Assembly: GCA_012295275.1 (NCBI GenBank)
Contig: CM022677.1
Location: 21,638,001-21,702,000 of the forward strand
Length of the DNA: 64,000 bases
From: Chrysomallon squamiferum
Taxonomy: Eukaryota > Animalia > Mollusca
Direction of reading: 5' to 3'
Below the pieces are notes generated by a model that saw only the letters and a program-made list of their open reading frames with translations, did no database searches and was not told the origin of the DNA. This document shows positions 20,653 through 37,143 of this stretch, in pieces. Numbering within the stretch: the stretch's first letter is position 1; each line of letters starts with the position of its first letter. The position numbers and the translations under genes were made by a program.

Positions 20653-20916
20653 ATGGAAGAGACAGAGTTCAACAGGGTCTTGTTCTATGTAACTGAAGGT
20701 AAATACCCTGAGGATTTCTCCAAACAGCAGAAAAAAACACTTCATGACGTTGATTTTCCGTTAAGCCTGGACGGCGACCTATTATAACAGGGCACATTCT
20801 CACTTTTGCTTTAGGATAATCCTGTTTCAGAACATCTGCAACAGCAACAGCACAGAGCGTTTGCACGTGCAGTGAACCCAGAGGTGACCTATGTGACAAA
20901 TGTTGTTGTTTACATG
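20653..20916. mobile_element. Second copy of the Ginger-like/Tc1 fusion junction
   Basis: Near-identical to 13537-13800 at an offset of 7116; CTTC junction at 20740-20743. Confidence 0.75.
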
Positions 20917-21200
20917 GCATATGACACTAACACATTCATCACTTTATTTGGAAGCACCTCTCGTCTCTATGAATTAGCTAATCTTCTTGTTAAGTATACA
21001 CAAGCATGTCCTGAAATTCATCTCTACCAAACATTTTGCTGCTAACAATATTTTTAATTCAGAAACATTTTCTCCGCTGGAGAAACTATTCTGGTTTTTG
21101 ACAAGGACCATTCCTGAAATTGTATAAAAAGACTAGTGCAGCATTAGTTTTTAATCATAATTTATTTCTTGTCGTTAAACAAAATCTCAGACAAAACTCT

Positions 21201-23758
<2,558 letters not shown>

Positions 23759-24446
23759 TTCTTCCTGATTCTGCAAGAATTTTCTAAACGGTAAAACTTT
23801 AACAGACACAGAGACAAATTCTCGACTGGTTTAGGAAATGTTCTGACTGTTTCCTGCAATCGCACTCAGATAGAGTTACCTCGAATGAATAAATACACTC
23901 TTCAGCTTTAAAAACAGTTGGCTGCTTGTATTCATTTATCATAATGATATATTGTTAAGGCACACGAACATTGACAGTTCGTTGTAGTTTTATAGCCTTG
24001 TTCTTTTATGGTATATTTTTTCAGTCGTCTTGAATAACATTACAAAAAATAATAATAATAAAACGAATATTCAGGATTATAAAGAATGTGATACCATAGT
24101 ACAACTCGGTGGTTTACAAAAACATTAATGTAGCATGTTTATTTTATAAATAGTTTTATTTTCCCTGAAAAACAAAATAAAGTGAAAACAGTAAAAAAAC
24201 AAATAATAATAATAAAAAAAGAAAACATTATTTAGCTAAAAAAAACAAACAATAAACAAACAAACTGAAAAGGACCCTCCAATAACCCAGAACAAATGAC
24301 GCAGAAATTAAAAAATGATTCTTTACATATATTTTTTAAATAAATATAGAGTATATATTCACTTAATAACAGGCAGATCAGGACAGATAGTACTGCATGA
24401 CAAATACAGACACAAACATACACACATAGACATATTAAAACACATT

Positions 24447-24504
<58 letters not shown>

Positions 24505-24529
24505 ATACATACATACATACATATACATA

Positions 24530-24579
<50 letters not shown>

Positions 24580-25374
24580 TATATACATAATATATGTATA
24601 TATTTATATATATATATACAGATACATACATATATATATATAAATACATACATACATACATACATGCATATATATATATACACATACATACATTATATAT
24701 ATATATATATATAGATCACACATACATACATACATACCGTATATATATATGTTTAGTACACTTTGTCGTGATTGCATATATGTTTATACATATATATCTG
24801 CGTGTGTGTTCATTTCTGTCTACGTGTTTAGGTTTGTGTCTGTATTTGTGATGGTGACCCACGAGGCCCCAGCACTAAGTCCCCAGGGACACTGACTGTA
24901 CCTTAACATGACACTGAATACTTCTTCTTGTACACAAATACAAAGAATGTTTGAGTGTTGGTCACTGTGTTCGCAAACATATCTGACACGAGAGTCTAAC
25001 ACGGTTATCTGTCTGACTTTGCTAGGCTTCAAGATCGGCGATGTTCCCAACGTTTCCGACATACACGTCAATAACGTCTACAACGCCCATCAAACATATT
25101 CGGTCAAACAGAGTGCAGATTGAAGTCACTCGCACATGAGACAGTCAACAGTAATTCTGAAATAAATACCTAACACTGCCAAGTGTCCCACGAAAACAAA
25201 ACGGACTCAAACAAAAAACGAAAAACCAAGAAAGGAGAGCACTAACAATAACAATAACAATAACAATAATAATAATAATAATAATAATAATGATAAAATT
25301 AATTGTAATATTGATATAGAAGAAGTAGCTGCAAAAAGAATAATTAAAAATTACAATAATACAAGTAGTAGCAA

Positions 25375-25660
25375 AACAACAAGACCAGTTATACTACTGT
25401 AACTACGATTAATAACAACTACATCAAGAGTAGTAATAATAATACCAAATATAACAATAACAAAACAAACAACACCAGTTCTACTACTGCATCTACGAAT
25501 AATAACAACTACATCAAGAGTAGTAATAATAATACCAAATATAACAATAACAGAACAAACAACACCAGTTCTACTACTGCATCTACGAATAATAACAACT
25601 ACATCAAGAGTAGTAATAATAATACCAAATATAACAATAACAGAACAAACAACAACAATA
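25375..25660. repeat. ~90-bp tandem repeat (3 units; 2 units at ~10780 and ~18390)
   Basis: 30-aa periodicity in the spurious ORF 25351-25677; lies in the intron relic of the orphan pseudogene. Confidence 0.8.
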
Positions 25661-25969
25661 ACAATAATAAGCAACACATAACAATAATAATAATTACAAT
25701 AATACTAGTAGTAACAACGAAACACAATGAGCAACAACTATGTCTTTAATCAACTGTATACTAGAACAATATGTTTAGTAACTTTTACATTAATATGTAC
25801 CTCTTCAGTGACTTGTATATACAGAAGGTATATCTAGTAACTTACAGATTAATATGTATGTCTTTATTAACTCGTATGTCAGTATTCGTGTCTGTTTAAT
25901 AACTGGTAAGTAAGTGAGTATCTTTAAAAGCTGAAATTCTCTCATAAATTTTATGACGGTATATATTAC

Positions 25970-26064
25970 TACTGCTTCGATCGATCCAGCGGAAACGTTA
26001 TTTGGAGAAATCCAGTAACAGTTGTTGTATAAAGGAAAGAAGACATCCCTACAGTGGTGTACAT
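25970..26064 (-). pseudogene. Orphan lectin exon 2 (acceptor deleted)
   Basis: Reads HHCRDVFFPLYNNCYWISPNNVSAGSIEAV; the donor is present but the homologous AG was removed by a short deletion. Confidence 0.78.
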
Positions 26065-27287
26065 ATTACTTCTGTACACAAACGTAGATACGCAGTTACA
26101 AAGATATATAGATGGATAGAGAAACAAATATTTTGTATATATAATGTGTGTGTGCGTGTGTGTGTGTGTGTCCGTGTAAAACAGTAAAATAGTGCAGAAA
26201 ATCTCTGAACAAAGTTCATGAAAAATGTATAGATATTTTAAACTTGCAATGATATATCTAAATAAATAAATAAATAATGAAATTATGAAATAATGAAATA
26301 ATGAAATTATGAAATAATGAAATTATGAAATAATGAAACGAGTTCAAATGAAGTAAAATGATCATGTGAAATCATCTCCTCAAAAATTATTTTAGAGACA
26401 TTTAATTAATTTCTTTTGACTTACAAATATTTATTCTTCTAGTTTTGGTTAAGGGCTGTTATTTCATTCAGATATAACGTTGAAATTTATCTAAAAAATA
26501 AAAATAATAACAAAAATAAAATTAATGAAGTAAAACCTGTAGGAAGCCTCCCTCCCTCTGCCTGCCTGCCTGCTCCCCCTCTCTATCTTTCTCTCTATCA
26601 CACACACGGACACACGCGGACACACGCGCACACACACACATAAACACACGCGCGCACGCACACACACACAATAAAAGGCTCAGCAATTTCTATACAGTGT
26701 GTTTTTTAAATACCTCATAATCGTGAATATTATAATATATCACTATTGTATGGAAAGAGGATAGTAAAACTAAGTTCATTTGTAATGAACACACTGGAGC
26801 GGTTATAAAATGAGACATAAAAGTGGTCGTTTGGATGTACATGAATAAAACTTACGTTGGTCATAAAATACAAACACATTTATTTTACTAATACATAAAA
26901 AGAATTATCTGAAAATAGTGAACATGTATTTTTTCCTCATTTGATTAGGTTTTAAAATCATCAGTTTATAATATTCTAATTAATTTGAGTGAACTCAGTT
27001 GTATTTCTTCAGCGATTTTCTGCACTATTTTCCTGTTGTGGTTACACTTTGACCATAACACACACACATACACACAAAGGAACACAAACACACTCACACA
27101 CACATACGAAAATATCCAAAGTATGCATTTGAAATGTACTGGAGTAACTCAATATATAGAGTGCTATTTCAAATAGTTTCTACAAATTGTCCAGTCTTTG
27201 ACATCTTGCACATTTCAAAGCATACTTATGATTAACTTCAGTTATATTTTGCTATAAAGTGGACTCCCAGTTACCTAACGCTTCCAA

Positions 27288-27640
27288 ATGGAAGACACAG
27301 AGTTCAACAGGGTCTTGGTCTATGTAACTGAAGGTAAATATCCTGAGGATTTCTCCAAACAGCAGAAAAGAACACTTCGCAAGGAGGCCCAGTGCTATTT
27401 AGTAAAAAAACGGACTTCAACATTCGAGTTACTCTGTTGATGCTATCAGAGTGCAGAAGGTCAAGGTGTCACAGGAGGCCAAACTTCTTTAGTTTCTCCA
27501 TGATGACAAGTTATCTGGAGAACGTTTTGTCTGGGAGAAAGTGTGGCAGAAGTCAAGCAGTCGTTTTTTCTCTGGAAGGTCGTCAGTGTTGATTGTAAGG
27601 ACAATTGAGCACATTTCGAAGAATGTCAACAGCAGAATAA
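27288..27640 (+). mobile_element. Degenerate Gypsy-integrase-like (Ginger/GIN-type) N-terminal relic
   Basis: MEDTEFNRVLVYVTEGKYPEDFSKQQKRTLRK followed by frameshifted LHDD..GERF..EKVWQK..LWKVVSVDCKD..EECQQQN, resembling the integrase H2C2 zinc-binding region. Confidence 0.6.
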
Positions 27641-27700
27641 TTTAGCCAAAACAGTATTGAGTTAGTTAACAGAATTATTTTATAATGTTACACTTTATAT

Positions 27701-28061
27701 GTCCCCAAGTCTAGTTCCCAGGTCTAGTTCCCAAGTCTAGTTCCCAAGTCTAGTTCCCAGGTCTAGTTCCCAGGTCTAGTTCCCAGGTCTAGTTCCCACG
27801 TCTAGTTCCAAGGTCTAGTCCCCAGGTCTAGTTCCCAGGTCTAGTCCCCATTTCTAGTTCCCTTGTTCAGTCCACAGGTCTAGTCCCCAGGTCTAGTTCC
27901 CAGGTCTAGTTCCCAAGTCTAGTTCCCAGGTCTAGTTCCCACGTCTAGTCCCCAGGTCTAGTTCCCAAGGCCTAGTTCCCAGGTCTAGTTCCCAGGTCTA
28001 GTTCCAAGGTCTAGTTCCCAAGTCTAGTTCCAAGGTCTAGTTCCCAGGTCAGGTTCCCAGG
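27701..28061. repeat. 13-bp minisatellite (CTAGTTCCCAGGT)n, ~27 units
   Basis: Directly visible tandem array. Confidence 0.95.
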
Positions 28062-28719
28062 GAAACTCACTGCTTCTTTAACATGCCACTGAATATTATT
28101 TTCTTCTCCTAGATAATAAAAAGTATGTTTGTATGTTTGTCAGTTTGTTCTAAAAAATGTCTGACAAAAGAGTCTAACAGTGGCTTCAGTTTGACTTTGC
28201 TGTGGTCTAAGAAGTCGGTGGTGACGGCGACGTTGGCGACATCCGCGTCAACGGTGTCCACCACGCCAATCTAACTTATTTGGTTAATCAGAGTGCAGAT
28301 TGTAATCTCACGTACGTAAGATGTACATTCGTTTCCTTTACTGAAACATGGTTTTATTTCTGCTCAGCGGTTTATCTGCAACATTTCCACATATATAATT
28401 ATCTTTGTGTACTATTGTCTACCAGACTGCGTTTCCCCGCGTAGATAGATATAAGCAAATATCTGACAGGTGACCAAACATTTCTCTGTAACCGCTCTCA
28501 CATGGCAAGATGTCCTAAATTTCAAGTCTACCGAAAGTTTTTCTACCAATAATATTTTTAATTCAGAATTATTTTCTCCGCGATAAGTGATTCTGTCACA
28601 AAAAAAAATAAAAAATAAAAAAAAATCAAAAACATAAAAAAAAACATTGTAATTTTAAAAGATTATAATTTAATTATAATTTATTTCTTTTCATAGAACA
28701 AAATGTCGGACAAATTTCT

Positions 28720-29004
28720 TCACGCGGAATATTTACAGATAAAACCCTTTCTGGTGTTGCAATCAAGATCATTCCACTCGAAATTATATTCTCCACGTAA
28801 TTCCAAACAGTTCTGGACTCTGTCGTGTTTGTCGGGTTGTCCTTTGTGAAAATGTGTGTAGTTAATTGGTTCGGCTAGCACTCTTGACAACCAGGCGAAT
28901 TTTCCTTCTACCTGCAGATCGCTGGCGCCGATCCAGTATGTTTGAGCTGAAAGCAGAAGCAGGAGAACAGCAGTATAGTAGTTGAAATAGTTGTTGCAAT
29001 AGGA

Positions 29005-29061
<57 letters not shown>

Positions 29062-31891
29062 TAGTACGGGAGGTAGCAGTAGGAGTAAAGTACAAGTAGA
29101 ACTACTGCAGCAGTAACAGTAACCGCAGTAGTAGCTGTTGAAGTAGTAGTTGTAGATCTCCCTCTGATTGCTTCAGTAGTACTGGGAATAGTAGTAGTAG
29201 TAGCAGCAGTAGTAATGAGAGCAATAGAAATCGAAAAACTTTAGTAATAGTTCTGACTGTAGAAATGATAATAGTACTAGTATGACTGGTTATCTAGTTA
29301 GAATAGTTGCTTTTCCTGAAAAAGTAGAAGTAGCAATACTATACAGTTACACACACATATACACAGACACAGGCACAATCGCGAGGTAAAATAAATAAAT
29401 AAATAGGTAAGTAAGGAAATAAACAATAAATATGTATATTAATTAATTAATTAAATAAATAAATAAATTATCGATGTCCACTTGTGCCTACCGACCCCAA
29501 TGTTACTGGGAAAAATGACAGTTTCGTTTGCTTATGAAATCGGCGTGAACGAAAGAAGGACAGATGGGTCGTTCGCTCGAATTTGTTCGTGTTACAAATA
29601 TTGTCTTAACGGAGTAGCTTTCCTTGAAAGCCTCAGCGCAAGCGGCGAGGAAGATACGAAGTGACACAGGATTAGAGGAAATTAAAAGTTTCTTTTCCAC
29701 TGAATAGTGCGAACTACGTCACGAATGTGTTCCCACTGTGCGTTTCGGAAACTTCGGCCAGCTAATACAGCGCAAAGATGGTCAATAACACGCAAGATAA
29801 ACAAAAAAAAGAATAAATAAATAAATTTAAGAAAAAAAATTCAGTAACCAATAAAATAAAATAAATCGGTCACAGCATTTGCAGACGAAACAATTCTGAC
29901 GTCAGAGATTCCAACTGACGTATTTTACGTAATAACGATCTTGTAAACGTAATTATTTTAACTAACGCGTAGAATGATTCAGTTTTAAGATACAATATTA
30001 ATATCAGGAAAACAGAATTAAGTTTTCAGTTCAAAAACACGTAACAACAGATTTTATATTCAATCTCAACGTGTCACCATTATCATGTATCGTCAAAAGT
30101 TTATTAAAAGACTTTCGAAACATCCGCCATTTTCTGAAAGCTGAGTCTCTGATTAACCAACAAAATGCCGGGGATTGAAAGGAGCAGTAAAAAGTGTCGT
30201 TTTTCTTAAATTTGTAAGACATTCAAATTTATTTAGGTTACAATCTGCAATTTTACCAAGTATTTGAATAAATATTTAGATATGATTTATTTTTACTAAC
30301 TGCACATCCAGTAAAACGTTAAGTAGACCATAAAAAGGTAATAATAAATAAATTAAAAAATAATTAATAAATCGAGAAAGAATGAAAAAGAAAAGAAAAA
30401 AGAAACAAAAAATAGAAAACAAGAATACTCAAATTCAAATTATAAATTTCACACAAAGCTGTTTCCGAAAACCCCCCACTTCCCCTGAATATACACTTAT
30501 GGAAGGATGGATGGATATCGGAAGCACACAGAGAGACAAATGCGTGGAAAAAGATATGCACACACAGACAGGTAGATCGACAGATATATAGATGGACAGT
30601 GAAATAGATAGACAGACAGACAGACAGATATATTATTATAACTGATAGCCATGCTATTCGTATGATCGTTAATAGAGAAGAAGATAAACATAAAAACCTT
30701 TGGGTCTTCCTTTAACTGCTGTAAGGATTGCACGATTTTCTGAATCCGATCTAATAGTCACCAAAGAGGCATTCATTAACTTGCAGTACTCCTAAATAGC
30801 AACAACAACAAAAACAATAACAACAATAATAATAATTATAATTATAATTATAATTACAATAATACCAGTAGTAGCAATGCATCAGTAACAACAACAACAA
30901 CAACAACATTAATAATAATAAAGTTTGACTTTAATCACTTCTGCCTAAGTATTATTTTTAGTACTATGTCTTTACTAAACTGTATAATACAACTACATCT
31001 TTACAAACATGTATATTAGTAGTACGTGTTTACAAACTGGTATAATAGTTACATATCTTTGGTAACTTGTATAAAAGCATGTATGTCTTCAGTGACTTGT
31101 ATATATCAAAATGTATGTCTAGTAACTTATAGATCATATATATATACATATGTCTAAAATATCTCGTATAGCAGCATTCGCGTTTGCTTAATAACTGGTA
31201 TGAAAGTGAGTATCTTTAAAAGCTTGTATTCTCTCATAAATTATATATATTACCGCTGCTTCGATCCAGTCAGCAGCAATTTTTGCTCGGGAAATCCAGT
31301 AACAGTTGTTGTGTAAATACACGAAGCCATCCGTGCAGGTGTGTGCGTCTAAATTGCCAAAATAATATTTGTTTACAAAAATGTAGACACGCAGTTACAC
31401 AGACCGATAGATGCTTAAATGCAAACATGGATAGAAAACAAATGAACTCTATGTATGTGTGTGTTTTGTGTGTGTGTGTGTGTGTGTGTGTATCTATCTA
31501 CTTATCTGTTTAACAGTCTCATCTTCTCCTAATATCTGTCTTTTTTTTAAAAAGAAAAAAGAAAAACGTAGGCAAAAGTTAGACAGACACATAAAACTGA
31601 AACCCAGAGACAGACAAATAGACGAAGACATAGAAACAGCAGATATGTTGTATAAGTTCACGTCATATGTTTGCATATATCTACATCTATATCTATATCT
31701 ATATATCTATCTATCTATCTATGTGTGTGTATTTAGACACACACACACACACATATAGAAAGATAGGGAATCAGACAGCCAGAGAGACATACAATGAAAT
31801 ACCAGACCTGGGTTTTAATAGCTGTAATATACTCACATGCATCGTTGAAGACAGAAAAAAGAAGAAAACTGAGAAAATAAATAATCTTCAT
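28720..31891 (-). CDS. Secreted C-type lectin copy E, QPD/WND type, 156 aa
   Basis: Exons 31891-31837, 31348-31254 (YAHTCTDGFVYLHNNCYWISRAKIAADWIEAA), 30791-30698 (EYCKLMNASLVTIRSDSENRAILTAVKGRPK) and 28946-28720 (AQTYWIGASDLQVEGKFAWLSRVLAEPINYTHFHKGQPDKHDRVQNCLELRGEYNFEWNDLDCNTRKGFICKYSA*). Confidence 0.92.
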
Positions 31892-33129
31892 TTCTTCCTG
31901 ATTTTGCAAGAATTTTCCAAACGGTAAAACTTTAACAGACACAGAAACAAACTCTCGTCTGGTTTAGGAAATGTTCTGACTGTTTCCTGCAATCGCACTC
32001 AGATAGATTTGCCTCGAATGAATAAATACACTCTTCAGCTTTAAAAATAGTTGGCTGCTTGTATTAATTGATCATAATGATATATTGCTATGGTAGCCGC
32101 GTGCTGACAGTTTAATGTAGTTTATACAGTCTTGTTCTTTTGTGGTATATTTTACTCATTCATGTTAGATGAGAATTACAACTATAAAAAAATACAAAGA
32201 TAGAAATATATGAAACTCATAATGGCGATGATTATGAAGATGATGAGAACGATGATGAAGAAATACTCAATTGCGTAGAGAGAGAAAAATAATTTTGATG
32301 ATGATGATGATATGAGCAATAATCTTCACGATGATAATAATTATTAGAATGATTCTGATGATGACATTACTCTGTTCTTTTCTACGTTTTCGACAAATAG
32401 CAGTATATCTTTCTTCTAGTCTATCTATATATGTGTCTAGCAGTCTGATCATCTGCTAATATCTGTCTATCTGTCCATCTGCTTGTGTGTCAGTCAATCA
32501 GCTGTCTATATACTTTCTTTTCATTTAGTGATATTTAGTAATCTTATTTTGGCTAAGGGCTGTTATTTCATTCGGATATCACTTTGAAACTTACAGTCAG
32601 TATGTGTCTCTTCACTCAGTTTATATTTATGTATTTTCTTAATAAAAAATTATAATAATGCAATTAATACCAAATACAACTACTACTTCTAATAATAATA
32701 ATAATAATATTAACAAAAATAATAATGACAAATATAACAACATTAAGCAAAAATACCAATAATAATAATTACAATAATGCTAGTAGTAGCATCGAAACAA
32801 AAAGGAGGACAACAACAACAACAAAAATCATAATAATGTTTGAGTTTAATCACTTTTGCCTCAGAACTGTCTTTGTACTATGCCTTTACTAAACTATATA
32901 TTACAACAAAAAATATCATTACTAAGTTGTATATTAGTAACTTCTGTAAAGGTATGTACCTCTTCAGAGACTTGTATATATCAGAATGTAGATCTAGTAA
33001 CTTATAGATTAATATGTATGTCTTTAATAACTCGAATGTCGGTATTCGTATTTGTTTAATAACTGGTAAGTAAGTGGGTATCTTTAAAAGCTGAAATTCT
33101 ATCATAAATTATATGTCGGTATACATTAC

Positions 33130-33224
33130 CATTGCTTCGATCGATCCAGCGGAAACGTTATTTGGAGAAATCCAGTAACAGTTCTTGTATAAAGGAACGA
33201 AGACATCCCTACAATGGTGTACAT
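33130..33224 (-). pseudogene. Orphan lectin exon 2 (acceptor deleted)
   Basis: Reads HHCRDVFVPLYKNCYWISPNNVSAGSIEAM and has the same acceptor deletion as 25970-26064. Confidence 0.78.
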
Positions 33225-33795
33225 ATTACTTCTTTAGACAAACATAGATACGCAGTTACAAAGACCGACAGATGGATAGAGAAACAAATATTTTGTATAT
33301 ATAATGTGTGTGTATGTATATGTGTGTGTGTGTCCGTGTGCGTGTGTGTGTTTGTGTGCGTGCTTTGTGTGAGAGTTATTGTCAAACTGTAACCACAACA
33401 GTAAAACAGTGCAGAAAATCACTGAAGAAATACATGCAAAATATATAGATATTTTAAACTTGCAATCATATATTTAAATAAATAAGTAAATAACTAAATA
33501 AAAATAAATAAAGAAATGAAAAGAAACGAAGTAAAATGATGTGGCATTTGCTACTGCCTGGATTATCTGAAATCACCAATCAAAGAATACTTTAGAGACG
33601 TTTAGTTGCTTTCTTTTGATTTACTAATTAATTACTTTTCTTGTTTTGGTTAATGGCTGTTATTTCATTTGGATGTAACTTTGAAACTCATTTAAGAAAT
33701 AACAATAATAATATTAAAAATAATAATGAAGTGAAACCTGTAGGAAGCCTCCCCCCTGCCTGCCTGCCTGCTCCCCGTCTCTGTCTTTCTCTCTA

Positions 33796-33846
<51 letters not shown>

Positions 33847-35093
33847 AAAAAGGCTGAGAAATTTCCACAGTGTATTTTTCACAAGCTTTTTTGTCATGAA
33901 TATTATATAACATTACTCTGGCATGAAAATCGGATACTAAAATTCAGTTCATTTGTAATGAACACACTGGGGCGGTTATAAAATGAGACATAAAAGTGGT
34001 CATTTGAATGTACATGCATAAAACTTACGTTGGTCATAAAATACATTTATTTTAAAAAAGAATTATCTAGAAATGGTCAACATGTATTTTCTCATTACTA
34101 ATTTAGGTTTTAAAAACATCACTTTGTAATACTATAATGAATTTGTGTGAACTAAGTTATATTTCAAGATGAAATATATGTGTATAGATAGATATGTAGA
34201 TAGATACATAGATATATAGACCACACTTACAATAAGCAAAATATTTGTTTGTTGCACCATCATACACTTTAAAACGATGCCGTTGAATCCACATTTGAAA
34301 ATATTCAAAATGTACATTTCAATTTTCATGTTACATTTTAAATCGGTAAATATAAGATCGTCATTTTATAATATCTAAAATGTACTAGTGTCACCATCTT
34401 ATATTTTAAAAAGGGAATAGTGATAGAAAAAGTAGATTTAAAATATCCAAAACCTATTTGTGTAAGCATCTCACCTTTTAAGAAAATAGATAAACAAACA
34501 AAATTTAAAATACCCCGAATGTACGTGCGTATCTTCTAACATTTCAAGACGTTAGATTTAAATCCACATTTAACGATATCCAAAATGTACATTCGAAATG
34601 TAGCTGCGTACCATGTCACATTTTGCAAGATACATTTAAGACGATAGATATAAAAACACTCTTTATAATTTCTAAATATTTACTAGTATAACCATTTTGC
34701 TTTTCTAGAAGAAAATAATGAAACCGCATTGAAATTTTTTTTATTGGCACTTTTATATCATGTTAGTGACCCTTGATTTTGATATTTGATATTGCTACTG
34801 ATGATCAGCATGAACTAGTTAAGCAGTCAAGTTTAAGATTGGATTAAGTATTCTCAACCTCTCAAACAATAGGATAAATATATCTTGTTATATTTTTAAA
34901 GAACATATCGTAACAGTATGTATTAGAAGTTCTAAAGAGGTTGAAAGGACTAACTCAGTATCCAGAGTGCTATTTCAAATAGTTACTACAAATTAACCAG
35001 TCTTTGACACCCTGCACATTTCAAAGCATACTAATGATAAACTTCAGTAAGATTTTGCTATAAAGTGGACTCCCAGTTACCTGACGCTTCCAA

Positions 35094-35445
35094 ATGGAAG
35101 ACACAGAGTTCAACAGGGTCTTGGTCTATGTAACTGAAGGTAAATATCTTGAGGATTTCTCCAAACAGCAGAAAAGAACACTTCGCAAGGCAGCCCAGTG
35201 CTATTTAGTAAAAAGATGGACTCCTAAACTGAGTTACTCTGTTGATGCTATCAGAGTGCAGAAGGTCAAGGTGTCCCAGGAGGCCAAACTTCTTTAGTTT
35301 CTCCACGATGAGGAGTTAACTGGAGAACGTTTTGTCTGGGAGAAAGTGTGGCAGAAGTCAAGCAGCAGTTTTTTCTCTGGAAGGTCGTCAGTGTTGATTG
35401 TAAGGACAGTTGAGCACATTTTGAAGAATGTCAACAGCAGAACAT
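35094..35445 (+). mobile_element. Degenerate Gypsy-integrase-like (Ginger/GIN-type) N-terminal relic
   Basis: ORF 35094-35297 (MEDTEFNRVLVYVTEGKYLEDFSKQQKRTLRKAAQCYLVK) followed by frameshifted KDGLL, LHDEELTGERF..EKVWQK and WKVVSVDCKD..EECQQQN. Confidence 0.62.
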
Positions 35446-35497
35446 TGTTGACAAAACAATACTCAGTCAGTTAACAGAATTAAATTATTACATAAGC

Positions 35498-35548
<51 letters not shown>

Positions 35549-35836
35549 GATATTTATTATTTCAAAATGGAGCCTTTAACAAGATATTGTCTTCAGAGTC
35601 CTGCAGTAAGTGATCAAATTATTTAATAAAAGTTTTATTCGTATGTTTGTTCATTTCTTCATGATTATTAGCAGTCTGCTCTCTCGAGTCTTCAACCTCT
35701 ATTTAAATGTCTTTTGTGAGTTTCACTCTTTAATGTACATGCAGTTCTGTACCGCCATTTTTAATGTACATGCAGTTCTGTACAGTGCACAAAATCGCAG
35801 AGCAAAATACAAACAAAAGTATCGATAGTTTCATTT

Positions 35837-36036
35837 GGTCTAGTCCCCAGGTCTAGTTACGAGGTCAAGCTCCCAGGTCTAGTCCCCAGGTCTACTCCCC
35901 AGGTCTAGTCCCCAGGTTTAGTCCCCAGGTCCAGTCCCCACGTCTAGTCCCCAGGTCTAGTTCCCAAGTCTAATTCCCAGGTCTAGTTCCCAGGTCTAGT
36001 TTCCAGGTCTAATTCCCAGGTCTAGTCCCCTGGTCA
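35837..36036. repeat. 13-bp minisatellite (CTAGTCCCCAGGT)n, ~15 units
   Basis: Same unit as 27701-28061, at the paralogous position. Confidence 0.93.
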
Positions 36037-37143
36037 GGCCTACATTAAAGACATGTAGTACTAGTAGTAGTAGTAGTAATAGCATATCAGTAAACTAGTA
36101 TTGTTAGTATTAGTAGTAGTCATTGGCATAGTAGTAGAAGATGTAGAAGCAGCAGTAGTATCAAAACACTCGTAACGCATACAATAAATATTCTGCATAT
36201 TGCTATAGATTCTTCAGATGATGTAATAACCGGCATCTTGTCTGTACCTTAACATGACACTGAGTATCTCTTCTTCTATACAAATAATAATAATAACAAA
36301 ATAGTATTAAAAATAAAATAATACGGCTTGTGCGTTTGTCAGCGTGTTCAAAAAAATATCTGACAAAACCCGGCGATGAATATGATTTTGCTGTTGAATA
36401 AAATGTTGACGATGACGATGACGATGTTGGTGACATCCACGTCAACGGTGTCCACATATCGGCGGTGTCCATCACCTCGACCTCGCCCACTTAACGGTTT
36501 TGTTTAATCAGAGTGCAGATTGTAATCACAGAGAAGACAGGGAATGTTCACAGCTAAATACATATACCTAATACTGCCAAGTTTCCCACAAAAACAAAAT
36601 GCACTGAAATACTGACGACAGAACGTCGAAAGGAGTGCAAAGTCAGAACTGGTAATTACCCTCGGTTACTGAGTAAAGCTTGCGTCAGTGGTGAAATTGT
36701 TGCATTTGGAAAGGAATAGCAAAAGAATGTTCGGTTTCGAGAGAATGCGGGTTTACAGAGTGTTCGGTTCTGAGTGGTTTCTCTACGTTAGTTAATACTT
36801 TATTGAAAATTTCTTTTAATTGTGCTCAACAGCTTATATGCAGTATTTCCTCAGATTTAATTATCAACCAAACTGCATTTACCCCCGTAGATGTAAGCAA
36901 ATATCTGACAGTGAACCAGACAATTCTTTGTAACCGATTTGACATGGCTCGATGTCCTAAATTTCAACACTACCAAAAAATGCTGCTAGCAATAATATTT
37001 TTAATTTAGAATTATTTTGCTCCACTGTGCATGATTCTGGTTTAACAAGCACCAGAAATTTGTAAATTTTAAAGACAAGTATAACATTATTAAAATTGAA
37101 TTACAATTTATTTCTTGTCGTTAAACAAAATCTCAGACAAATT

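Noticed and set aside
28200-28275. Selenoprotein or intact protamine gene in the CpG-rich module (conserved TGA)
   Set aside because: Frames differ between copies, there is no ATG or matching upstream donor, and I recognised no SECIS. CGA>TGA decay before duplication explains the TGA.
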